Virus record (IMG/VR): IMGVR_UViG_3300037297_000066
Location: 373,332-437,331 of that record
DNA: 64,000 bases
Direction: 5' to 3' (one strand)
This document shows positions 57,901-64,000 of this stretch, in pieces. Both the position numbers and the translations under genes were made by a program. The stretch's first letter is position 1; every line of letters starts with the position of its first letter. The notes under the pieces are model-generated. The model saw only the letters and a list, made by a program, of their open reading frames with translations, was not told the origin of the DNA and made no database searches.

Positions 57901-59675
57901 CCGGGAAGCTGATTCAGGACTCAGTATTCTTGGTTGATGACAGTGGAAACGTTACGGGCGCCGGTACCTACAACGGGGAAACGGTTGCCAATCTGATTCA
58001 TGACAATGTAGCAGGGGAAATCTCGGCTGTTACAGAGAAGGCAACTCCTGTCAGTGCTGACGTTCTCCTGATTGAGGACTCGGCAGACTCCAACAACAAG
58101 AAGAGGGTCCAGGTTGGAAACCTTCCAGGAGGAGGGGCTGGTTCTGACACTACAGCCATCCATGATGACACTGCTGGAGAGATCTCAGCCATCACGGAGA
58201 AGGCAACTCCGGTCTCGGCCGATCTAATTCTGATTGAGGATTCAGCTGATTCGAACAACAAGAAGAGAGTCCAAGTTGGGAACCTGCCCTCTTCCTCTGG
58301 GGACGTTGTAGGACCTGCCAGTGCTACGGACAACGCAGTAGCCAGATTCGACACAACCACAGGGAAGCTCATCCAAGATTCAGTCTTCCTCGTTGACGAC
58401 AGCGGGAACGTTACCGGGGCAGGAACCTACAACGGAGAAACCGTAGCGAACCTGATTCACGATAACGTGGCGGGAGAGATCACGGCTGTCACTCTGAAAG
58501 CAACCCCGGTCAGTGCCGACGTTCTTCTGATTGAAGACTCCGCAGACTCCAACAACAAGAAGAGGATCACGGTTGGGAGTCTCCCGAGCTCTTCCGGGGA
58601 TGTAGTTGGACCCTCTTCAGCCACAGACAATGCAGTGGCTAGGTTCGACACAACCACTGGAAAACTCATTCAGGACTCTGTTTTCCTGGTTGACGACAGT
58701 GGAAATGTCACAGGGGCAGGGACCTACAATGGAGAGACCGTTGCCAATCTAATTCACGACAACGTGGCCTCTGAGATCTCAGCCATTACGGAGAAGGCTA
58801 CTCCAGTCTCGGCAGACCTTCTCTTGATTGAGGATTCTGCGGACTCGAACAACAAGAAGAGAGTCCAAGTTGGGAACCTCCCAGGTGGTGGCTCAGGAGA
58901 TGTTGTAGGGCCGGCTTCGGCCACGGACAATGCAGTAGCCAGGTTCGACACCACAACAGGGAAGCTGATTCAGGACTCTGTCTTCTTGGTTGACGACAGT
59001 GGAAATGTCACGGGGGCGGGCACCTACAATGGTGAAACAGTCGCCAACTTGATCCATGACAATGTGGCAGGAGAGATCACAGCTGTCACAGAGAAGGCTA
59101 CGCCGGTCTCAGCTGACGTTCTTCTGATCGAGGATTCAGCCGATTCCAACAACAAGAAGAGGGTTCAGGTTGGCAACCTTCCGGGCGGGGGTGCTGGTTC
59201 TGATACCACTGCCATTCACGATGACACGGCAGCTGAGATCTCTGCCATTACAGAGAAAGCAACGCCGGTCAGTGCTGACCTCCTATTGATTGAGGACTCG
59301 GCAGATTCGAACAACAAGAAGAGGGTTCAAGTTGGGAACCTCCCCTCGGGAGGCAGTACTGTAACCTTCATCAGTCCTTCTCAAATCACTTCCGATCAGA
59401 ACAACTACGCTCCGACAGACTGGAGTACGGCGAATGCCGTAAGGTTGAGCTCCGATGCTTCTCGTAACATCACGGGGTTGAATGGGTCTGCTAGTGTGGT
59501 CAAGAAGATTCTGATTAACGTGGGGTCCTACAACATTGTTTTGCAGCATGAGAACAGTAGTTCTACGGCTGCCAATCGGCTCATTGTGTCTGGAGGGTCT
59601 GACTTGACAGTACAACCAAATGATGCTGTGACTGTGCTATACGACCCTGTAACGACCCGTTGGAGGGTTGTCTAA
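51930..59675 (+). CDS. Giant repeat-built tail fibre protein (2581 aa)
   Basis: PKD/Ig-like N-terminus ('LVSAPPGS..ASFNPDIAGSYRILLQV'), fibre linkers 'GYVLTTSGGVPVW' and 'DGQVLTW', ~1900 aa of tandem repeats, C-terminal ~105-aa domain ending RWRVV. Confidence 0.85.
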   Translation: MAAIALIKFTQGPNTDIAGRAVVGTPYGVDGSVVVSNDDPTDIHHWKVYLVSAPPGSALELATQGDWTLLNEGVSNTPTASFNPDIAGSYRILLQVWDVANNLNQDIRNFIILDDGDFILPPFQKLPDPLPLPNPQDPSDVQKPNEMNVGGQPYGWMGNTSYQLHHQLIKHVATLVPSPGAGDTSKIYVVTGAGSVAFSFLVDANIDAAAAIDVSKLAPGTNGYVLTTSGGVPVWAAPSGGGLTPPSGAGDIAKLAFADAAGTDLDYADGVKVKNAGTTQNGLEFGTASIENESDDLVFNVATGQAHILQENTTEFARFDLGSGGSTPRLLFANDGAVVLPGDGYVLFGDGTAPSTGAIRVGGAFTTGSPVIIPVMVAYKNSNDRNIISYIAPEGPPSSLAFGDFSEPTQILGTSVGIQTGYFGVNSSGEIRFAASSNATGLHLLASGLVKIVGGSTDRVLEFDASQDAIVRCAAWTAGIHPGDNLTILAGEAFGSGQPGGQLRLASGPGSTPGTNDGDLEFYVGGTSGTKVLVFDVDTVAPTDGQVLTWSATNAAAEWVTPGGGSGDVVGPASATDNAVARFDTTTGKLIQDSVFLVDDSGNVTGAGTYNGETVANLIHDNVAGEIAAVTEKASPVSADLVLIEDSADSNNKKRVQVGNLPGGGSGDVVGPASATDNAVARFDTTTGKLIQDSVFLVDDSGNVTGAGTYNGETVANLIHDNVAGEIAAVTEKATPVSADVLLIEDSADSNNKKRIQIGNLPASSGDVVGPGSATDNAVARFDTTTGKLIQDSVFLIDDSGNVTGAGTYNGETVANLIHDNVAGEIIAVTEKATPVSGDVLLIEDSADSNNKKRVQVGNLPTGGAGSDTTAIHDDTAAEISAITEKATPVSADLLLIEDSADSNNKKRVQVGNLPSSSGDVVGPASATDNAVARFDTTTGKLIQDSVFLVDDSGNVTGAGTYNGETVANLIHDNVAGEITAVTLKATPVSGDVLLIEDSADSNNKKRITVGSLPSSSGDVVGPASATDNAVARFDTTTGKLIQDSVFLVDDSGNVTGAGTYNGETVANLIHDNVAGEITAVTEKATPVSADVLLIEDSADSNNKKRVQVGNLPTGGAGSDTTAIHDDTAGEISAVTEKATPVSADLLLIEDSADSNNKKRVQVGNLPSSSGDVVGPASATDNAVARFDTTTGKLIQDSVFLVDDSGNVTGAGTYNGETVANLLHDNVAGEIAAVTEKATPVSADLVLIEDSADSNNKKRVQVGNLPGGGSGDVVGPASATDNAIARFDTTTGKLIQDSVFLVDDSGNVTGAGTYNGETVANLIHDNVAGEISAVTLKATPVSADLLLIEDSADSNNKKRITVGSLPSSSGDVVGPASATDNAVARFDTTTGKLIQDSVFLVDDSGNVTGAGTYNGETVANLIHDNVAGEITAVTLKATPVSADVLLIEDSADSNNKKRITVGSLPSSSGDVVGPASATDNAVARFDTTTGKLIQDSVFLVDDSGNVTGAGTYNGETVANLIHDNVAGEITAVTEKATPVSADVLLIEDSADSNNKKRVQIGNLPTGSDPDAIHDNVASEISAVTEKTTPVSADLILIEDSADSNNKKRVQIGNLPYSSGDVVGPASATDNAVARFDTTTGKLIQDSVFLVDDSGNVTGAGTYNGETVANLIHDNVAGEITAVSLKATPVSGDVLLIEDSADSNNKKRITVGSLPSSSGDVVGPASATDNAVARYDTTTGKLIQDSVFLVDDSGNVTGAGTYNGETVANLIHDNVAGEITAVTEKATPISADVLLIEDSADSNNKKRVQIGNLPTGGAGSDTTAIHDDTAGEIAAVTEKATPVSADLILIEDSADSNNKKRVQIGNLPGGGSGDVVGPASATDNAVARFDTTTGKLIQDSVFLVDDSGNVTGAGTYNGETVANLIHDNVAGEISAVTLKATPVSADVILIEDSADSNNKKRITVGSLPSSSGDVVGPASATDNAVARFDTTTGKLIQDSVFLVDDSGNVTGAGTYNGETVANLIHDNVAGEISAVTEKATPVSADVLLIEDSADSNNKKRVQVGNLPGGGAGSDTTAIHDDTAGEISAITEKATPVSADLILIEDSADSNNKKRVQVGNLPSSSGDVVGPASATDNAVARFDTTTGKLIQDSVFLVDDSGNVTGAGTYNGETVANLIHDNVAGEITAVTLKATPVSADVLLIEDSADSNNKKRITVGSLPSSSGDVVGPSSATDNAVARFDTTTGKLIQDSVFLVDDSGNVTGAGTYNGETVANLIHDNVASEISAITEKATPVSADLLLIEDSADSNNKKRVQVGNLPGGGSGDVVGPASATDNAVARFDTTTGKLIQDSVFLVDDSGNVTGAGTYNGETVANLIHDNVAGEITAVTEKATPVSADVLLIEDSADSNNKKRVQVGNLPGGGAGSDTTAIHDDTAAEISAITEKATPVSADLLLIEDSADSNNKKRVQVGNLPSGGSTVTFISPSQITSDQNNYAPTDWSTANAVRLSSDASRNITGLNGSASVVKKILINVGSYNIVLQHENSSSTAANRLIVSGGSDLTVQPNDAVTVLYDPVTTRWRVV
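53616..59345 (+). repeat. Intragenic tandem array: 16 long (~99-100 aa) and 6 short (~51-54 aa) units
   Basis: Long unit GDVVGPASATDNAVARFDTTTGKLIQDS...IEDSADSNNKKR..LP. Short unit GSDTTAIHDDTA...IEDSADSNNKKR..LP. 22 copies of IEDSADSNNKKR counted by eye; unit lengths sum to the region length. Confidence 0.95.
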
Positions 59676-60391
59676 TGACTTTTTTGCTGAAGCAGTTGTC
59701 TGGGGGCGGGGCTGGCTCGATTCTGACTCAAGTTTCAATTCCAGGTTTTAGTGGGGAGGCTTCCAACACGTATACTACATGGGGGGTTATAGGATCATTT
59801 GCTCTAGATCCTTCCGACTTTCCAGGAACCTACACGTTTGAGTCGGTACTTGAAGTGACGGATACCTACACTGCGGAGGTTCGGTTGTATGATGTGACCG
59901 CTGCCGCAGCTGTATCTGGATCTACTCTGAGTTCCACGTCCGATACTCCTGAGATAGTTTCTGCTTCGATCACTCCTGCCAGTGGGGCCCGTGTTTACGA
60001 GGTGCAGCTGAGAGTAACCGCTACAGGAGGAACAGCTGTCTGCAAGTTCGCTACGCTGAGGGTGGGACAGTTTGCGAGCCTTACGATCTCCCCCGCTCAG
60101 ATCACAGCAAACCAGAACAACTACTCACCGACTGACTGGAGCACAGCGACACATGTTCGGTTGAATACGGACGCTTCGAGGGATATCACCGGGTTCAGTG
60201 CGACTGCAGACATGAAACTCAAGGTCATCATCAATGTAGGGTCCTCAGATCTGGTTCTGAAGCATGAGAGCGCTAGTTCAGATGCTTCAAACCGAATACT
60301 TGTCCCGAGTGCTTCTGATCTCACCCTGGGAGCCGGAGATGCGGTGAACCTGTACTATGATGATACTTCCTCTCGGTGGAGGTGTGTCTGA
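59675..60391 (+). CDS. Fibre-associated protein sharing the C-terminal domain of the giant fibre
   Basis: Start reassigned to ATG 59675 (TAATG overlap). C-terminus 'ISPAQITANQNNYSPTDWSTA..RWRCV' parallels the fibre C-terminus. Confidence 0.78.
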   Translation: MTFLLKQLSGGGAGSILTQVSIPGFSGEASNTYTTWGVIGSFALDPSDFPGTYTFESVLEVTDTYTAEVRLYDVTAAAAVSGSTLSSTSDTPEIVSASITPASGARVYEVQLRVTATGGTAVCKFATLRVGQFASLTISPAQITANQNNYSPTDWSTATHVRLNTDASRDITGFSATADMKLKVIINVGSSDLVLKHESASSDASNRILVPSASDLTLGAGDAVNLYYDDTSSRWRCV

Positions 60392-60493
60392 TGACGTTCA
60401 TACTAGTCAGGGCAGTAACGGTGAGTGGGTGTTGGGAACACGTTAGATAGGGGCAAAAGGACCCCCCGAGCAGCTGAATAGACTGGAGAAAAT

Positions 60494-61408
60494 ATGGCAA
60501 TCGTAACTACAGGGGCAGGAATAACCACCGACGTTGCTCACGAAGGCCCCTCGTTGATTTTCGAGCTAGTCGATCTTTTACGGACCAGTACCAATTGGAC
60601 CGTTGATGGTTCGGGGAATGGAACCAGTGGGGGGATGGGTGGCGACTACATCACGACGGCGGCAGATCTAGAGGATTCTGGTGCTTGGGTGTGCATGGGG
60701 TGTCCGGGAAGCGGTCCTCAGATCTTGTTTTCTCGCTACACCGCCACGGATACCCAGTGGAGAGTGGCGGTTGCTCCGGATGCGGATTACACGGGAGGCG
60801 GTGCTTCTACCATTCCGACAGCGACCTCCGAGGCATTGTTCTTCGCGACGACTATGATCGGTACAAGTTCGACCAGGTTGCACATTACCGCAGAAAATGG
60901 ATCAACAGTAGCAACAGCTGGATGGTCCGTGTATGCTCACGCGGAGGGAACTCCTGCCACAGCAAAAGCTGCGTTTGCTTTTTGTCCTACGGTGTACTCA
61001 TTTGCTGAGGATACAGACCCGTGGATACTGTATATTGGGTCTTACACTGGGGGACATGATCAGAGCGGGTGGAATGAGACTACTACATCTACTACCCAAG
61101 GAGGTGCTCGTGGAATTGCTACGGATTCCTCAATGCAGACTGTACCGGCGGCTCTCCTCCAACACGAAACTACCATTGCTGCTCCGAACAACAGCCCCAG
61201 TTCTCCAACCTCGCAAGATCTGGCACTACCTATGATGCATATACGGGCACCCTCTCTTGGGACGGGGTGTTGGAAGGGGGCCAATACCTTCGCTTACTGG
61301 AATGGGACTACGAGAGCTCCTTTGGAGACTTACGCATCGAAAACACGTGTCTCGTTCGGAGATGTCAACTTCCCGTGGGACGGGACCAGCACCCCTTCGG
61401 CTAGCTAA
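60494..61408 (+). CDS. Hypothetical Thr/Gly/Ser-rich virion (fibre-region) protein
   Basis: GGAG upstream. Beta-rich 304 aa, TAATG-coupled to the next ORF. Confidence 0.7.
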   Translation: MAIVTTGAGITTDVAHEGPSLIFELVDLLRTSTNWTVDGSGNGTSGGMGGDYITTAADLEDSGAWVCMGCPGSGPQILFSRYTATDTQWRVAVAPDADYTGGGASTIPTATSEALFFATTMIGTSSTRLHITAENGSTVATAGWSVYAHAEGTPATAKAAFAFCPTVYSFAEDTDPWILYIGSYTGGHDQSGWNETTTSTTQGGARGIATDSSMQTVPAALLQHETTIAAPNNSPSSPTSQDLALPMMHIRAPSLGTGCWKGANTFAYWNGTTRAPLETYASKTRVSFGDVNFPWDGTSTPSAS

Positions 61409-61680
61409 TGGCTGACTGGACTCAGAGAATCCCGATAGCTGCATCAGACGTCTCTATGGAGCGTCTAACTAGGGATGGCCATGGTGGTTGGGTGGTAGCG
61501 TTCGGGGGTTCCGCTATCACCGCTTACTACAAGATGCGAGCCCTGGACGATACACAGAGCTACTACGTGACATGGGTAGTGTCTAACGAACCAGATCCCC
61601 TAGGGACCTACGCTCCTGAGGAAATCCATGCAGGGTCTGCAGTAGTTGCTGCAAGATGGACGGATCCTCCAACAGGTTAG
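61408..61680 (+). CDS. Small hypothetical protein
   Basis: 90-aa ORF coupled to the upstream stop. Confidence 0.6.
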   Translation: MADWTQRIPIAASDVSMERLTRDGHGGWVVAFGGSAITAYYKMRALDDTQSYYVTWVVSNEPDPLGTYAPEEIHAGSAVVAARWTDPPTG

Positions 61681-61719
61681 TGGACTGTTTCTGATTAGGG
61701 TAATAGGTTGTAACAGGTA

Positions 61720-64000
61720 ATGTCTGGAGGCGGATACGGTGGTGGTGCATGGGGCGGGGCCCCGTACGGATACGGTTCCGTAATAGGGGGCTCTGCAGAT
61801 GTACCCCTATCGGAATCCCTTTCCATAGCGGAAGGGTTGTCCGTCAGTATCGGATTGCTGAAAGTCGAGATCACCGGAGGCCGCTACATCACAGCTACTC
61901 CAGTCACCGAGCTCCGATTTCACAAGATCCGAGACTTTCAGCGCTACAGTCTCTTTACGGTGGTCGAAGGGAGCACAGTTCTTCCTAGAATCCTGAGCAT
62001 CGATCCCGTTTATACAATCTTAGAGTCAGGCTCAGGAGGAGCAGTCGTAAACACGGGGAGCTCCTATTCCACCCGAGCTCTTCAGGTTGATGGCCCTATT
62101 GCTGCCAACGACTACTACAAATACATCGAGATCGAAAACGGTCCCAACACTGGTCGCTACCAGATCTTGTCAGTACTGGTTCCTGGAAACCCTGGGACAG
62201 TCCTCTTAGATCGTGAGCTTGTTCTGAGAGATGCCTACAGTGGAGCTCTTTCTTGGAAGTTGACTACAGCGGTTCAAGCCATCGAAATGGAGGTCACCAA
62301 GGTCACGAACAACGTAGAGTATCAACTGGAAGTCAACCACCTCTGGACCGATTCAGGGTCGGTGTTCAGCGCTTCGGGTAAGTTCGAGACAGCCGCTGCT
62401 CCCAAGCCACAAGTGGCCTCAGCAAGCGCTTTGGAGGATGGGGTTGTCCTAGTGACCTTCAACGAGCCTATGCGCTCAGAAAACGATCTCGTTGACCCTG
62501 CGGACTATGAGATCACTGGGCCCACAACGGTTCGGGTAAAGCGGGCATGGACCCTGACTGACACAGAGGTGGCTCTGGACACCGTAGGGTTGGACGCTGG
62601 AAGCTACACTCTGGAGGTAAACACTTCAGGAACGCCAAAGGACATTGCTGGAAATCCTCTGGACCCGATCTTCAATCAGGCAATTTTCACAGCCTCAGCG
62701 TCCCTTGCCGTTCGTAGCATCTTCACAAACAAGGGACCTATTACCAAGCCGATCGAGACATTGGACTCTGGTACCTCCGCCGTTCTGGAGAGCTCCAATG
62801 AGGTGACCCTTCCTGGGGCGTCCCTTACCAGTAGCCACGTGGGTAAGGAAGTGGTTCTTTCAGGAGGCTCCCTGAATGAAGGCACCTTTTATGTCGTCTC
62901 TGTCATCTCTAGCACCCAAGCCAAGCTGAAGGCTTGTTTCAACCTGCCGGACCCTGCCAGCGGAAGCATCGACTGGGCTCTCATCGACTCTCACCACGGG
63001 GAGATAGCCGACGACCCGGCAGACGTTACAGTACGAGTCAACAGCGTTCCCGTTACCCCTGAGGCAGTGATTGGCTTGCTGGGTCAGATAGTGCTCAATG
63101 CCGCCCCGAGCTCTACTGATCCTGTCGAGGTGGACTACTCCCATATCTGCAATCCTACGGTAGAGATTCGTAGACTTAATTCCAAGGAGTTTCGTCTCAA
63201 CGCTTGGAACCGGAACGTGGGCGGAGTTTCCTATGCCAACCACAACTACCGTTACAACAACGTGTTGGTCACTCCTTCGGACTACGATCCTGACAACATG
63301 CTGGATACTGTCGATCAGCCGTTGCAGAGGGAGATCCACTATCGGGCTTATGAGCGTGCTTACACTCCGGTTCTGAATGATCCGAATCTGTTGGTGCTCA
63401 ACGCTCCCATCCATCGCATCGCATACCCGGAGGCTTCTCGTAGCCTCTCAGAGGTATTCGTTCGGTACGAGGCTCTGTTTGTTCCCGACGATACGAACCT
63501 TACCTACCCTTGGGAGAAGCATGGGACAGGGACCGGATCGATCTTTGCTGGGGTCTTGACTGTCGATGATGATTCTGGAGGGGAGTTCCCCACGGGGCAG
63601 CCTCTCTTCTGGACTCGTGAAGTAGACCTCACCTACCCTCTTGTCTTCGCCTCTTCTTGGAGATTCTATCTGGAGACTGTGACGGAAGCCGAAGGGGTCT
63701 TCACAGGGGTGGCTTCTGGTTTCTCTGACGACAAGGTATCCGTCATCGTGGGTTTCCTCGAAGACGGTGGGGTCAAGAAGGTGGGCCTCTTCAAGAGGGG
63801 AGCCGTGGATCCAGGAGACCTCACGTCCTGGACCGGTGGCTTGGATTCTCTAGGGGTTCCCACAGGCCAGCCCGTGGAATTCGACTGGTCTATCCTTCAC
63901 AGCTATCGTCTGTTCCGAGATCTGAATGGGACGGTCAAGCTCTACGTGGATGGGGAGATCGTCGAGTCCCTGAGCTTGACAGCGGATGAGCTACCTTTCT
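61720..64000 (+). CDS. Large structural protein with Ig-like and LamG-like segments, 3'-truncated (not in the ORF track)
   Basis: Manual translation from ATG 61720 has no stop to the window end (760 codons). Starts MSGGGYGGGAWGGAPYG. Ig-like 'VLVTFNEPM..YTLEV..KDIAGNPL'. Near the end 'WSILHSYRLFRDLNGTVKLYVDG'. Confidence 0.85.
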   Translation, partial: MSGGGYGGGAWGGAPYGYGSVIGGSADVPLSESLSIAEGLSVSIGLLKVEITGGRYITATPVTELRFHKIRDFQRYSLFTVVEGSTVLPRILSIDPVYTILESGSGGAVVNTGSSYSTRALQVDGPIAANDYYKYIEIENGPNTGRYQILSVLVPGNPGTVLLDRELVLRDAYSGALSWKLTTAVQAIEMEVTKVTNNVEYQLEVNHLWTDSGSVFSASGKFETAAAPKPQVASASALEDGVVLVTFNEPMRSENDLVDPADYEITGPTTVRVKRAWTLTDTEVALDTVGLDAGSYTLEVNTSGTPKDIAGNPLDPIFNQAIFTASASLAVRSIFTNKGPITKPIETLDSGTSAVLESSNEVTLPGASLTSSHVGKEVVLSGGSLNEGTFYVVSVISSTQAKLKACFNLPDPASGSIDWALIDSHHGEIADDPADVTVRVNSVPVTPEAVIGLLGQIVLNAAPSSTDPVEVDYSHICNPTVEIRRLNSKEFRLNAWNRNVGGVSYANHNYRYNNVLVTPSDYDPDNMLDTVDQPLQREIHYRAYERAYTPVLNDPNLLVLNAPIHRIAYPEASRSLSEVFVRYEALFVPDDTNLTYPWEKHGTGTGSIFAGVLTVDDDSGGEFPTGQPLFWTREVDLTYPLVFASSWRFYLETVTEAEGVFTGVASGFSDDKVSVIVGFLEDGGVKKVGLFKRGAVDPGDLTSWTGGLDSLGVPTGQPVEFDWSILHSYRLFRDLNGTVKLYVDGEIVESLSLTADELPF

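Larger units (their letters stand above)
1..64000 (+). mobile_element. Large myovirus-type (probably jumbo) phage virion morphogenesis region: neck, tail, baseplate, fibres
   Basis: All credible CDSs are on one strand with many TGATG/TAATG stop-start overlaps. Sheath, tube, tape measure, hub, spike, gp25, gpJ and fibre genes occur in canonical order. No host housekeeping genes. Free phage versus prophage cannot be determined here. Confidence 0.92.

Noticed and set aside
53616-59345. Regular nucleotide repeats that could be mistaken for a CRISPR array
   Set aside because: Units are 150-300 nt, in frame within one ORF, vary mainly at third codon positions and have no unique spacers. No cas genes are present.
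59346-60391. Paired C-terminal domains as a diversity-generating retroelement VR/TR pair
   Set aside because: Differences involve all four bases rather than adenines only, both copies are coding, and there is no reverse transcriptase in the window.
1-64000. Numerous minus-strand ORFs in the track (e.g. 7012-7872, 11449-12465, 31483-32550, 20658-21416)
   Set aside because: They lie opposite strong + strand genes, lack recognisable motifs and are typical antisense shadows of biased codon usage.
1-64000. Extracellular contractile injection system, tailocin or T6SS interpretation
   Set aside because: Head-tail adaptor/closure-like genes, a long tape measure, an intein-bearing helicase and the overall scale fit a phage. 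I recognised no Afp15-type AAA+ ATPase, toxin cargo or T6SS membrane genes. Capsid genes are not in the window, so this is not absolutely excluded.
1-64000. Alternative genetic code (stop-codon reassignment), as seen in some large phages
   Set aside because: Standard-code ORFs are long and cover nearly the whole window, and TAA, TAG and TGA all end genes at coupled junctions.

Overview
The whole window reads as one continuous virion-morphogenesis region of a large contractile-tailed (myovirus-type, probably jumbo) phage. About 40 tightly packed, often translationally coupled CDSs all lie on the + strand. Gene order: neck/head-completion genes (0.3-4.8 kb); a Dps/ferritin-like gene, an MreB/ParM-type actin-fold ATPase, a probable tail terminator and an FmdB-type Zn-ribbon gene (5.4-8.7 kb); a 1419-aa tail sheath; a 7.5-kb non-tail insert between sheath and tube (intein-containing UvrD/PcrA-type helicase plus three unknowns); tail tube, two chaperone-like genes and tape measure; two paralogous tube-initiator-like genes (one with an SLT lytic transglycosylase); hub, spike and wedge (gp25-, gpJ-, gpI-like) genes; a 2581-aa repeat-built tail fibre; and a truncated Ig/LamG-like ORF at the right edge that the ORF track misses. 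I see no capsid, portal, terminase, integrase, tRNA, rRNA or CRISPR. The most notable unexplained signals are (i) a 6-nt-periodic RAY (GAT/GAC/AAT/AAC) array in the leaders of five genes, once coupled to two mutually exclusive hairpins over the start codon, (ii) an actin-like ATPase among the neck/tail genes, (iii) the helicase cassette splitting sheath from tube, and (iv) fibre repeats that are nearly invariant in protein but heavily varied at synonymous sites. All product calls come from motifs and synteny read by eye; no database search was run.
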